A program made the position numbers and the translations under genes. A stretch of 63,881 bases of DNA, counting the filler, from Folioceros fuciformis (taxonomy: Eukaryota), in assembly GCA_049999805.1 (NCBI GenBank). It is 5 parts of 5 records of this genome, joined end to end, with 100 filler letters (N's around TTAATTAATTAA, not from the genome) between each part and the next. Parts side by side here need not be neighbours in the genome. Positions count along the whole stretch, not along the records: positions 17,607 to 43,131 come from JBNGIO010005948.1; positions 43,232 to 56,864 come from JBNGIO010005950.1; 3 more parts are not named here. One strand, written 5' to 3'. The notes under the pieces are model-generated. The model was not told the origin of the DNA. It did no database searches and worked only from the letters and a program-made list of their open reading frames with translations. Of this stretch, positions 34,256 through 46,739 are shown one piece after another. Numbering within the stretch: the first letter of the stretch is position 1; every line of letters starts with the position of its first letter.

Positions 34256-35338
34256 ATGCCGAGCCTTTCGCTGCTGCGAGTGATGGATGGTGGCTTCACC
34301 AATAGCAGAGGGAGGGCTTCCACGAAGCAAGCGTGGGTGGGCATCTCCAGTGGATGTTCCAGCCAGATTCAGGGTGGTGGCTACGAGTGTTTGGTCAGGA
34401 GGGCGGATGGCGGATGGCGCATGGCGGATGGCGACAGGGTAGTTACGGCTGAAACTGTGAGCAAGCTATGTCTTAAGGGTCTCCTGGATCAGGCTGTTGA
34501 GGCTTTGGAGCTTGTAGTGCAGGCAGGCCATTGTAATGTCAAGTCTGTCTTATACACAATCCTCAAGAAATGTGTGGTGAAGACGGATCCAGTTCTGGGT
34601 AGCCGTGTTATTGCTTGCACAATGAAGAAGGGGTTGCGGGCAGACACTTTCCTGCGCAACCACATCCTACGAATGCATGCTTCGCAAGGCAGGTTGCATG
34701 ACGCAATGGATGTGTTTGAAGGCTTGTCCAAGCCAGACGCATTCACATGGTCTGCTATCATTTCTGCGCATGTTAAGCACGGACATGACAAGCAGGCCAT
34801 ACAACTGTATCATAGGATGCGCAGATCGGGTGTGAAGCCAGATGGGCATGTGTTTGTGGCAGCCCTTCAGGCTTGTGCAAGGGCAGCAGACCTGGAGTCA
34901 GGGCGGCAGGTCCATGCTCATGTGTTGGCCGCTGGCGTTGAGCCTGATATGTTCTTTCATGGCTGCTTGCTGGACATGTACGCAAAGTGTGGCAGCTTGG
35001 TGGATGCTCGACGTGCAATTAACGGGCTTCGTCGGAAAGACGCAGTGACATGGACTGCCATGATAGCAGGATACACCCAGCAGGGATTGGGCAGGAAGCT
35101 CTTGGGCTCTACAGAGGCAGTGAGACTAGAAGGCAACGATGCTGCACCGCATGTGTTGATATCGAACATATACACTAATGCCCAGATATGGAACCAGGCA
35201 GAGGAGATGCAAGCAAGGAGGAAACGAATTAGAGCTTGGAAGCAGCCTGGTCAGAGCTGGTGGATAGACGAGGAAGGACTGGTGCATAGTTTTTCGGTTG
35301 GGGAAGAGAATCATCCCCAGTGCCAATCACAAGCTTGA
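34256..35338 (+). CDS. Short PPR-E paralog with in-frame internal deletion (possibly a pseudogene)
   Basis: First motifs nearly identical to the divergent neighbour (ADTFL.NHILR, KPDAFTWSAIISAHVKHG), then jumps from YTQQGLG to E2 (DAAPHVLISNIY) and KQPGQSWW. Confidence 0.8.
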   Translation: MPSLSLLRVMDGGFTNSRGRASTKQAWVGISSGCSSQIQGGGYECLVRRADGGWRMADGDRVVTAETVSKLCLKGLLDQAVEALELVVQAGHCNVKSVLYTILKKCVVKTDPVLGSRVIACTMKKGLRADTFLRNHILRMHASQGRLHDAMDVFEGLSKPDAFTWSAIISAHVKHGHDKQAIQLYHRMRRSGVKPDGHVFVAALQACARAADLESGRQVHAHVLAAGVEPDMFFHGCLLDMYAKCGSLVDARRAINGLRRKDAVTWTAMIAGYTQQGLGRKLLGSTEAVRLEGNDAAPHVLISNIYTNAQIWNQAEEMQARRKRIRAWKQPGQSWWIDEEGLVHSFSVGEENHPQCQSQA

Positions 35339-36282
35339 TGAAGCACTAGTAGTCCCGATTAATAGAAGAAGGATATGAACTACAGCTGGGACTGTTGTTT
35401 TTAAGGGAAGCCTTGGGTCGCCAGATTGGTAGAGGTTGAGCGTCCGGAAGCGACTTCGACTGGCTGCATCTGTGCTACGAAGCTGTGGGTTTCTCCCTGT
35501 TTCAGGCACTTCCGGCGAAACACCCTGGAAGCCTCTCTCGATACTCGATTTCATCAGCATGCAAGCCATTGCCTGTTCCTCTGGTAACCAGCCAACTCCG
35601 AAATGACGTCCTTGTGTTCGTGGTGCAGTGATGTGCAGCTGTCTCGAACGATACATCTCCGGGGGATGCAACCATCTTCCGTCCACCACGCCTCTCGACG
35701 CAGGCAAAGGTGCCAGAGAGGTCGCGCAGGCATGCCGGGATGTACCCCTCCATGTGCCAACGCCAAGCCATGTGACTCTGCTTCACCCCGAGGCACTCGA
35801 TGTCTAGAGCTTCCTCGTGCTTCCCTAGCAGCCCCGCTGCTTGGAAGGTTTCAACAGCAGCATACATCTCGGCCTCCGCAGTCTGGTATTCTGCATTTGG
35901 AGGTGCAGCCAACAAGAGGAGCAGAACAGGACTGGGATGCCAAGGCCTGGGAACAGACTCCCAGCACACCGAACCGACAGATTCCAGAATGTGTGGCTGT
36001 GCTCAGCGTCCGTGTTTCCATCCTGGTATGATGCAATTCTTCGGCGCATTGTGATTTTGCCCTGTTTTGTTCTTTCCTTCAAACGGATTCCAGTCGCTCG
36101 TAATCACTTCCGGCCGCTTCGGCCAGAAAGTTAAATGAAGGTGGCGAGCCATACTGACGACACTCATTTCAGTTGCATTCATGCCTCGTAGGTGGTTGAA
36201 GAGCACTACATCGAAGCGAGATGGAAGGGACAGTACAACCATTGTTGACTCACAGCGGTCTTGGAATGCTGGAGCTCGACCG

Positions 36283-38879
36283 CTATCGAGTGATGATAAG
36301 TCCGATGGGGCAATGGTCGCTGCCTTGGATGTGAGGTAGCGAGAAGGAGTCATGGAGCCTGTCCGTGAGGGCTTCAGAAGCCAAGAAGTAATCCAGCCGC
36401 CATCCTGGTGGAAGCCACCACACAACAAATGTTAGAAGGTGAGGTATCCTGACAAGAAGACAACTAAGACAGAGTGTGCGTCCGCCACAGTAGCTGTTCG
36501 GGTACCGTGGTTTCGAGCTCTAGCACCAGTGCGGTAACCCCAATATGTGTATCCAACCGCATTGGGGTGCTGCCGCCGAAATGTATCCACCATGCCTTTC
36601 TTCAGATAGCTTTCCTCAAAAGAAGCCCGTTCCTCATTAGTAAAACCTGCACTCCTCCTATTTCCCTGAAGATGTTTGTCAACAGGCAACAAGGACTTAG
36701 CATGCAATCGTTGTTTACATCACTCACCTGGACTTGCGATGTTTAGGAAACATACATTGGGATCGGCAATGTCCATCTCTTGGTGGCTACAATTCAGATC
36801 TCCTGTTAGTATCACGGGCTTCTTCTCTTCCAGCTTCTGTAAACAGCTTGTGAAATGAAGAACCATCACTTGGAGTATTCACAACAAAACTAATCCATGC
36901 AAGTAAGGAGGAGAACCTACTTTAACATGATTGCTTAGTGCAGGATCCCAATCCGTGATGCGATAATCCTGCAAAAATCCGGACTGAGAAATCTGGTGCT
37001 AAGGCGTTGGCTGGAAACCAAATCTTCGAAGTGACATCGAGAGGACTGACGTCGTACCAGTCTTTTCAATCCATCCCCAGAGTTGGGAACATAGCTCGTT
37101 ACTAGGAAAAAACTTTCGTACTCGGCGGTGATGACACGTCCTTCCTTATCATGGTCTGTAATCCCAAGTCCATACGTCACGGAGAGAGGTTCCGCCTGCA
37201 CATGCATGTGGCAGAAGCATAAACATGAACGTGAGCGTCACAGGGGAAGGGTTTCAAGATCTCCAAGACAGAACTCACCCTAGATATGATTGCTGTTCCT
37301 GAGTATCCAAGCTTAGCAGTGCTGCAACTCCAATAGCTTCCTTGGTAGTCAGGTAACAGGCAGTCTTTCACTTTCTCCACATCTTTCTCCTGTGATCATC
37401 CGTCAAATGCGTGAGCCCTGGAAGCCTGACCATCGGACACCTTCAGCATCACGCACGAGTAATGCTGCTGGTGAGACCAGAATGACAAATCCATCCTGCC
37501 AGGATTACTGGAAACCTTTCGAAACTATGAAAGTGAAACGAAATGCCAAATCTGTCTTGCCCAGAGCTTGGGAATGCATACGGACCTGGAGTTTGGTCTC
37601 CTGTAAGCACAAGACATCGAAGTCTTCCCTCTCTGCAAGATCTTTGAATATTGCTGCATCATGTGTCTTCGGGTCCTTTCCCTTGAGAAGTGCTCGGATA
37701 CCATTCACATTCCAGGAAATCAATTTATGGAAGTGGCCTCTGTCTGGAGGGAATGGAGGCCGCATGGTCCTAGGATCATACGCATACCACTCCGGCTTTG
37801 GTTTCTTGTGGTTAAACGTAGCCCAAACTTCCTTCACTCGCACCGTCTCTGTGACTGCTACCTCCACATTACCCCCAACCGCATCAAGCACAACATCAGT
37901 CTTCGTGGCTTTACCTTTCTTGGACCTGTAAACCTTAACGGTGGTGCGAGGTTCTTCTCCAACCGTCGTGATAGTTGCGACAGTTTCCTCCTGCACTCCC
38001 GTCTTTTTTGTATGTGCTCTTCCTCTCTTTCTAGAATCAGCCATCAGAGGTGCCTCATTGTCTACTTCAGCAGTGTTTTTCCGAAGTGACTCCTGGTCAG
38101 CTTCCCCAACATCTCCTGAGTGAGTAGCTGCCCACATCAGGAGAGTGGGTTGGGCAGCTCTTATTCAGACTACCTAAGCACCAGCGGCAGCATGTAGCTT
38201 ACCAGGTAGCGAACTCTTCGAATCTGCCAAGATTGTTTTCAGCTCTTGAAGGAGCTCCTGCTTCTTCCTAGCTGTGGGCCTATTCCACATCCTACAGAGA
38301 CATTGATGCGAGTGACACTTCAACTGATTGCGTGTATGAACAGGGCATGACGAATGGAGCTTGCACCCCTTTGATGAATCGTTTGAATGCGAGGAAAACT
38401 CACCGCAATATTCCTTTGAGTTCTGCAACTGTCAACCCTGTCAAATTTCCAGCTTTCTGACAAGCCGTCAACCGTGTCTTCAACTGTATCTGTTCGGAAA
38501 TATCCACATCGTTTGGCTGGACCTGGACCTGGACCTGGCAAGCATGTAATCCATCCAGTTCATGTATGAACCCAGACAGTTGAGCTGCAAGGCAAAGAGA
38601 ACCTCGAGTTAGAACAATACTCACTTGAGCTGATAGACAGTGCTTGCTGTCCTTTAGGTCGGGGCCCTCATCATCACCCTGCTCGTCACTACTTCCTTGC
38701 GACTCGCTTTTGGGTTGAGAAAGGGCCACCTTGTTCCTTGTACTCGACCGCCTGGCCATCTCCTGCGCCTGCCTTGAATGTTGGCTGCTGTGTGCTACAG
38801 TCTCAAAGCCGCTCCTACGAGGAAAAGAAAAAACTCTCCGCCTGCCGTTTCTGAGGAAGCAACAAAACGAGACCAACAT
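36283..38879 (-). CDS. ARP: Apurinic endonuclease-redox protein (ExoIII/APE1 family with SAP-like domain), multi-exon
   Basis: [11 protein letters not shown] (SAP-like), [79 protein letters not shown]; start at 38879 or 38759 uncertain. Confidence 0.93.
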
Positions 38880-39580
38880 GTGACCACCCAACGGGCTAGG
38901 GATGCATTTCTTCCTCCAAAATGGATACCGGAGGTGCCGCAGTGTAGTCAACAAACAAATTGATCCACGTCGTACCTCACGAGTGAAAGCGGCAGGGCAG
39001 CAACGCAACACTGGTTGTGCAGGAAGCCACAAGTTCTGCCTGTACCTCGTTGAGATGGTGCTGGCAGTGTAGCCCAGGGACCGTGCTTCACTAATCCGTC
39101 ACTGGCCTTGCCTGATATAGAAGGACAAAGCAGACCATAGGAATTGAACAACGACAGAAATGGCGAAGCGGAACTACATGGCTGACCACTGAGCAATGGT
39201 CTGAAACGCTCTGCAGCGAGTTTTCTACCGAGACAAGCCGAGCACGCGGGCCGTGCCTGCCAGAAGAAGCCGTGAAAGGCGGAACCCAATATTCGAGAGC
39301 TACTGCTTCCAGTTGGAGTGCGGATACTGGCCCAAAGGCGGGGAGTCCACTCCAAAGAAATCATCAACGTGCTGTCTTGTTTGTTCTTTCCAGGACTGCT
39401 GCCGAGCCGAACGGCCAAGATCAGACACAACAATGCAGAAAACCGTGATTCCCTTGCGACCCAGTTGTGGTGCCGCTCATCATGAGTTCTTACCAAGAAA
39501 AACCGGAAGAGGTCGATCATCGACATTGGCGCAGCAATTACGTGATTGATGGCAACAATAGGTAGGGGGTTGGCGCCGTG

Positions 39581-39604
39581 CTAAACCCTTAAACCCTGAA
39601 CCCC
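39581..39604. promoter_or_regulatory. Triple telo-box-like array upstream of ARP
   Basis: CTAAACCCTTAAACCCTGAACCC. Confidence 0.5.
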
Positions 39605-39963
39605 GTTGCTTCTCAACGGAACTGCAACGGTGACAGGAATGTGCACTTCGAACACGGACTGGGGTCGCTGGCAGCAGCCAACGCACCATCTCAGATGCCA
39701 TCCAGGTAGGTAGGTAGGTACCCAGGGAGGATGCGGTTTCGTGGCGGCCAGAGCTGGCGCTCAGCTCAGCCTGTAAGATGAAGCATGGTATCAATGCCCT
39801 GCGACATTTGATGATCCGGGGACATGTAAGGATTATGCAGCATTCGTTGCAGGTGGCTTGCCAGCCGCGTTCCTTCAGTCGATACGAGAATTTCGTCATT
39901 CATGCAGTCGTGTTGGACATTTATAATAAATAAACTAAATAACGACCTTCTGTAGGGTGTGAA

Positions 39964-40036
39964 GGCCGCGTGGCCCAATGGATAAGGCGCTGGTCTACGA
40001 AACCAGAGATTCTGGGTTCGATCCCCAGCGTGGTCG
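39964..40036 (+). tRNA. tRNA-Arg (anticodon ACG)
   Basis: GGCCGCG/CGTGGTC acceptor stem, D arm TGGCCCAATGGATAAGGC, anticodon arm CTGGT-CTACGAA-ACCAG, T arm CTGGG-TTCGATC-CCCAG; 73 nt; AT-rich TATA-like stretch ~30-45 bp upstream. Confidence 0.97.
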
Positions 40037-41439
40037 TTTATTGTCCTGTGAGGTAGGTCCTGAGATTTTATCCAAAACTGAAATGAGTCACCTCTGAAAT
40101 TGTGGACAGTCTCAGTTTAAAGAACGAGTTAAAATTCAAATGAGGTACGTCAAATTGCATGAAAGAAGGAATGGCATGGGACAAGTGGTTGTGCTTTACG
40201 GGGTGCCTTGGGAAATTGCATCTTTTTCGTTTTCATGTGGATCCTTTGATATAATCAAGGGTGCCATTCATGTGGATCCTTTGATAATCAAGGTACCAGT
40301 ACCACCCTGTCCACGAAGGGTCTTCCATCTTTTTCGTTTTCATGTGGATCCTTTAATAATCAAGGGTACCACCATGTCCAAGAAGGGTCTTCAGGTACTG
40401 CCATGTCCAAGAAGGGTCTTCCCCTATCTATGTGGAGACTTATCAACAATAAATATGCCCACTTGATCTAAGCTAATCTTGGCTTTCAAGGAAGAACAAA
40501 AAGATCCACATCAAGTTCATTTTTTTTTATTAGGTCTTCTCAACCTTGTGGAGTCACATGGTTTAATCATAAACAATGATCTTCCTCGCTAACACAAGAC
40601 TGAGAAAATTATGCACTGTGGCTTTCAGGTGATAGCAGGACTATGTCATCAGGCAACCCTCCTTTGAGAGAATCATGCACTATCACCTTCAAACAAGAGC
40701 AGGATTGATTTTCATTGCCGAAAGGTGGCAAATTTGGGCAAATTTGCCATCTTTCTGCATAAACTTAAGGGTTTGTTGTGCCTAATTAACTTTCTATACC
40801 ACACTTACTCTTTAGAGGATGCCCAAGTTGAAAACCCTACGTTCACTCCCTCATACCTTCTCCTTGTCTTCCGATCCTTTTCAAAACTAGCTCTCTCACA
40901 AAATCAAACATGTTGGTATGCCAAGTCATGTTCTTGTTCCCAAGAGTCTCCTACTTGAACACCTCTTCCACTTCTCCCCTCCCCCAAATGAATTCATTTG
41001 TCTTGAGCTACACACTACCTCTTTGGCATATAGCTAGTCTTCTTTGTCTCCCTTACTTGCTATGCTTGAAACATATAAACAATGTCTTCTTTTTCTAGCA
41101 ATGCTCTCCTTCGAGAAATTGAGCCTTCCTCTCTATCTTCGCACCCATGTGTCCTCTTCGCACCCATGTGTCCTTTAACCTCAGCATCATTACGAGCCAT
41201 CTTGGAGTTGGGTCTCATCCTCTTACGATTGAGATAGAGGAATAGCTTCCCCCAAAGCAACCAAAGGAGACTTGAATTTGCAGGTTATGCAAAAGAGATG
41301 TTTAGACATGAAGACTTTGTGTCTCTTTTATGTTCCTGAGAGCACAACATATGCAATAGTTCAACAAAGAATTATTTTCTGTTATTTAAAAAGAGGTGGA
41401 AAATCTTAAACTCAGACCAGTTACACACGTTAGTTACTC

Positions 41440-43131
41440 TCTATGAAAGGGCATGGGATGGGACATGCGGCAGTGCTTTAAGGAGTGTGAATCGTGACGA
41501 TCACCACTGGCCCGAAAACGTTTCACGACACACAGAGGAGGAGACCTGACTCACGAGGCTTGCATGACAGTCGAGATACTTCTCCTCCCTGTCTTAAAAC
41601 ACAGGCACGGCACTGGCGACCGTCTATGCACCGGACAACAAGGATCACATGATCGGATCGAAAGAGTATGTTTTCATTGGATCGGGAGAGGGTATGTAAG
41701 AAGTGGCGCAGCACAGACGGTCACATCAGTTCGCACGTGAACGTCGCCAGTTAGTGTTATTCTAAACGGGCATTGTAACACCCCCCCTTAACACTAACTT
41801 CCTTACTGCTAACCCCTCGTACTAAGCCTAATCCTTCGCAACAAATTTCATGCTTGGGTTTTGGAAGCGCTTTGGTCAAAACGTCGGACCATTGAGCTTC
41901 CGTCGGAGTGAACACCAACTTGAGTTGCTGCTCTTCAACCTTCTGTCTCAAGAAGTGATATCCAATGTCGATGTGCTTGGAGCGGTCATGGAACCGCTGA
42001 TTCTCAGATAGAGCTATGCACGACTGATTGTCGCAATTCAGGCGAATCGGACCTGAGATCGGATGGCCAAGATTGGATAAAAGCAGCTTCAGCCAGAGCC
42101 CCTCTTTAGCTGCGGTTGCTGGAGGAATGTATTCAGCCTCTGTGGAGCTTTGAGCCACTATGGCCTGCTTCCTTGATTGCCAACTAACCGCGCCGCCAGC
42201 CAGCTTGTAAGCAAAGCCGGTGGTGGATTTGCGAGAATCAGGGTCTCCAGCCCAATCAGAATCAGACCATCCTTCAAGGCTCCCTTCCTTTGTGAGTGCT
42301 CCTTGTTCGTGAGATGAATCATGGTAGGACCATCCTTCCAGGCCTGCGCTAGCTCCCCTTCTAAACTGAACGCCTCTGGTCCTGGTAGCTTTAAGGTATC
42401 GAAGAATCCTCTTGAGGGAGGACCAGTGAGCTTCTCCAGGGTTTGCAGAGAACTGTGCAACATGGGAAGCAGCAAAATTGACGTCAGGTCTAGTGTTTTG
42501 AACCATGTTGTATGCTTCCAACTGCCTGAGAGTAGGGAACATTCTTCATGCGTTCCTTCTCATCTGGAGTTTGTGGTGACATAGCTTTTGTGAGCTTGGC
42601 TCCAGCCTGGAGTGGTGTGTCGACAGGTTTGCAATTAGACATGTTGAATTTATGTAGCAGATCGTCGATATATTTCTCTTGGCTGAGAGTGATCGTGTGA
42701 CCTGCAGGATCAAAGACCACATGTACTCCAAGACAATATGCAAGCTTGCCATTATCAGTCATGCGAAATTCGGCCATGAGTTCTGCCTTGGCTTGGTGGA
42801 GATACTGCAGGTTATTGGCTGCGATGACCAGATCATCAACATACAAGCCAACAATTATATACTTTGAGCCTTGCTTCCTCACATAGACACTAGCATCTGC
42901 ATCTGTCCTAGTGTATTCTTTAGAGAGCATAAAGGCATTGAATCTATCATACCACCCACGAGGAGATTGTTTAAGACCGTAGAGTGTCTTTAGAAGTCTG
43001 CATACTTTGCGTTCTTGGCCCTTGATTTCATAACCCTCTGGCTGATGCAGGTACAGCTCTTCCTTAAGAGTACCATTCAAGAATGCTGTTTGTACATCCA
43101 TCTGGTGGACATGCAAATCATGAAGAGCAGC
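41440..43131 (-). mobile_element. Ty1/copia RT-RNase H 3' part, PPT and 3' LTR
   Basis: QMDVQTAFLNG, LYGLKQSPRGW, YVDD, SDSDWAGD, SSTEAEY, CDNQS, SKHIDIGYHF; frameshift at ~42500; PPT AAGGGGGGG next to TGTTAC at 41780; LTR far end approximate. Confidence 0.93.
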
Positions 43132-43231
43132 NNNNNNNNNNNNNNNNNNNNNNNNNNNNNNNNNNNNNNNNNNNNTTAATTAATTAANNNNNNNNNNNNN
43201 NNNNNNNNNNNNNNNNNNNNNNNNNNNNNNN

Positions 43232-45690
43232 CAGTGGTGGAATACTCTAGGGAACTGAACAAGGATACATCTCTACAGCTATGGGAAGTGGCACCAGAAT
43301 CCAAGTACCAAGCTATCTTGTCTCCAGTAGAGGTAAACGAGCATACTGTAAGAATCTTGACTACTGGCTTACTCGTAGTGCTAGTCTTGTCTTTAACAGT
43401 TGCTATGGTTGCAGATCTAGGAGGCCTTTGAGGCTCACCAACTTTCTTCTTTCAACAATCACGAGCCCAATGGCCAGGAATGCCACACCAATTACACGTA
43501 CCTGTACGCTTGGTTGAATTGGAATTAGAGGATCTTGCATCATTTCGAGAGCTTTGATTGTGAGGTGTTGTCCTTGGCCTGCCCCCCTGCCCTGGTCTAC
43601 CATGGAAAGCAGTAAGTACTCTGTCAGCTTTGGACTTGGACCTAGACCCTGACATGAGTCTGCTAGGCTCTTCTTGGAACAGGGCACCAATCACCTCCTC
43701 TAAGGTGAGAGTTGAAGTTTTACCAGCAGCCTGAGCCTGCTGGATGGGGACATTATGCGCAGAGACAAAATTCTAATAACTAGGAGGGAGACTTGTCAAG
43801 AGCTGTCCAATGACGTCAACTTTGACCATTACAGTTCCAACAGCAGCTAGCTAGCTGTGCACGGAGATATCGGAGCTTGCTGGTGTGAGCAAGTACCTTA
43901 TCTCCTTCCCTCATTTTCAGTCCATAGAATTCCTGTCTTAATGCGCATAAGGTAAGAACATTTCTTGCTTTGTATTGGTTGGACAGCTGTTTCCATATCT
44001 CACTTGCTTTTGTGAGATACTCAATTGCAGGAATCATGTCTTCTGTAAGACCGCCTACTAGGAGCGCAATGGATATACCATAAGCATGAGCCCATCTATC
44101 CTTCTCTCCCTTTGTCTTAGAGGGATCAGGTTCAGGGATAGACCCATCCACTATGCCCCAGACACCTCTGGCTAGCAATGTAGATTTCATTCTAACTCTC
44201 CAGGCTTCATACTTATGCCCATTGAACTTGTCTTTTTCTTTCAATTTAGATGTGAAGGTTGGGCTATTGTAGCCAGGAGGAGGAGGAGGAGGAGGTGGGA
44301 TAGTTCCCATCGTTTGAAAAGAAATGGGCACTATACTTAGTGTGTTAAGTTGTTGTGCAAGGAGATCAACAAGGGGATCTTGAAGATCTATTTCTGAACT
44401 AGAGCTGCTAAGGGACAAGGTATAACCATCCTAGTGAGACGTAGAAGAATTGTCTGTCATGCGTGTGGACAAGAGCCAACAACGGGACTAGCCTACAGGC
44501 ATTCTAGATGATATTGTTCAAGTCAAAACGAAACGGTAAGTATGAAACGTTGCTCTAGTTGTTAGTTTTCTATTCATGGGTTTTGAAAGAAACCCTAACT
44601 AACCAACCCTGTGACGGTTGATGTTGGCGAAGTGTCATGGGAGCAGGAAAGGTGTATTGCCTGGAGGCACCTCTTCCTGCGAACAGCCACTGACCGCGAC
44701 GCTTGGCATCTAGGCCACCACTGGCTCTTGCTGCTGAAAATTGATCACTTTTCTGCGTCCTGCCTCGCAAGATTAGGAAGCAAAGTAGGCAAATACAATG
44801 CAACAGCAGGTTGCACAGCAGAGATTGTTGTGTCCCGACGATTCAAACTACATACAACTTCCAGCATATGAGAGAGTTCTTGGGTGAGCATTTCCAGTGG
44901 TCCGTTGGTTTCTTTTGAAAAAGAATCTATCATGTCGGTGACTTGTATGTTCAACTGTGCCGCATTCAAACCCTGTCTAGCAAGGAGTCTCAACAGGATT
45001 TCTTCAATGCTGGCAAGTCTGTCACTTAGTACTCTGTATGCTCCAAGAATCTCAGGTAATCTTGGAGAATTGTTTGGAAATAATGTTGCAATTTCTTGAT
45101 GCTCTTCTCGTCCTAGATCTGTGGGGGTGTAGATAGGGCCGCTGTCTTCCTCGAGGTCTCTGGGAGTAGACTGACGCCTATCTCTGTCATTTGCAGATCT
45201 ATTCACCCTGTCAGATCGCCCTTGAGAAGGCATTTTCCAGGAATTAGGAATTTAGGAATTGCTGTCATAATTTCCTCAGTATTTTTTATTATTATTTTCT
45301 AACAATTGTGTGCAGGAAGAGCAACCTTAGCTTCAGCAGAAACTCCCAGTCTAAATAACTGTGGGATTTTGCTGAAGTTCCTATTGCTCTTCTTGAACAC
45401 TAAACATCAGCCTTTAATAAATATGCTTTTAATTTCCTGTCATAGTTTGGTCATTGCCTTAAGATGGAAATCAAGAGTGGTGCTCTGATACCATGATCGA
45501 ATAAATCCATACTTTTATATACAAGGGAATAGAAGCATATTTCTATTCAGAATAATACATTACATTAAATGAAACAAGTGTTGGTCTTATATACTAAGTA
45601 ACCCCTAACTAAGTGCCCTTTGGATATACGAATCCTAACTGGTTATAACATAACCCTAACCCTAAGCGATGTTAAGCTTATGCCCTAACA
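43232..45690 (-). mobile_element. Ty1/copia 5' part: LTR (45690-45494), Met-tRNA PBS, extra ORF, gag with zinc knuckle
   Basis: TGTTAG...CGATCA LTR followed by TGGTATCAGAGC (45493-45482); gag KFNGHKYEAWRVRM...LARGVWGIVDG; CNWCGIPGHWARDC; protease-like WYLDSGATSH near 43300. Confidence 0.9.
44745..45233 (-). CDS. Hypothetical 162-aa ORF in the copia leader, upstream of gag
   Basis: Uninterrupted ATG-initiated ORF between PBS and gag, same sense; central amphipathic segment LSDRLASIEEILLRLLARQ. Confidence 0.5.
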   Translation of the reverse strand: MPSQGRSDRVNRSANDRDRRQSTPRDLEEDSGPIYTPTDLGREEHQEIATLFPNNSPRLPEILGAYRVLSDRLASIEEILLRLLARQGLNAAQLNIQVTDMIDSFSKETNGPLEMLTQELSHMLEVVCSLNRRDTTISAVQPAVALYLPTLLPNLARQDAEK

Positions 45691-46739
45691 TGGTTGCTTC
45701 TTCCATTGCTGCTACTCCTTCAACTTGTGCTCCGGGTGGGCCCCTTGCTTCCTCGTAGAAATCTTGGTTGTGGTTGTAGGCACAAGCTCCCCATCTTCTG
45801 GCCATTTATGAGACCCATCTTCTGGAGCCATGTCTGTTTCGACGTCTCGCATACAAGTTGCCATTGGAGCGCCTTGCTTCGGACCCCTGTCGCGCAGCAG
45901 CCGCATAGCTGCATGCCTAACTAGCCTGTCTACCAAGCTAGGTCACTAAGCTTCCGCTTGCCTGCGATCTCCTTGGCCTTCGGCCCAGGAGCAACAATCC
46001 TAGCCTTAATTTGTCCTTGACCTATGGCCAAGAGCAAGGCTACAAAAAGAGACTAGGTTTGCCTAAGAGAGGCAGACCCGGGACCCGTCAACATGGTGAA
46101 ATCAAGCTGGAAAATTCTCCCAACCTGGCAATGCAACGAACCACAAGAACCTCTAGGAGACAAAGACACAGCAGGGACGAAGTATGGCTGTCTATTGGAA
46201 CAAGACAAACATCAACAATCCGAGAATCCATGGCTGGGTGCCTACATATATAGGCAAAAACCCCCAGGAGTTCTCGATGAAGTGTCCACCCGTATCGATG
46301 GTGGGCACTTTATAATCCTACTTTCCTTGATTTATGATTTTTATGTATTTTCTAATATCTTCTAATATAAATCTGCTATCTATATATGCGGCATAGCACC
46401 GCGCCTTTCATGCACAACCATGCATATAGGTTGCATGCGCCATGACACATCACCTGCCACATGTCCACATACATCACATGTCATCCTTCATCTCCATATG
46501 CATGCATACATGGCACACATGCATATATGGCATACATGTCATGTGCAGGCCATCCATGGGCCATGCACATGACATCATCAAGCACTTCAGCATCAGGGCT
46601 TATGCCCGAGATGCTCCAGTCAGTATCTAGTCATTTCAGCATTCAGGGCTTATGCCTAGGATGCTCTAGTCAGTATCCAGTCATAGAGTCTTAGGTGCTC
46701 TGTTTCCCATACAGCAACAGCATGACACCCCCGAGATGA

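Noticed and set aside
35554-35796. Faint DYW-like words (LALAHG, IVRD..LHH) on the minus strand
   Set aside because: No HxE or CxxC zinc ligands and the wrong strand relative to the adjacent PPR; probably chance.
40225-40420. Short nested repeats downstream of the tRNA
   Set aside because: Low-complexity 20-30 bp duplications, likely TE debris; no structure identified.
41440-45690. One full-length copia spanning the gap
   Set aside because: The two LTR starts differ (TGTTACAATG versus TGTTAGGGCA), integrase is missing and an artificial linker separates the halves.
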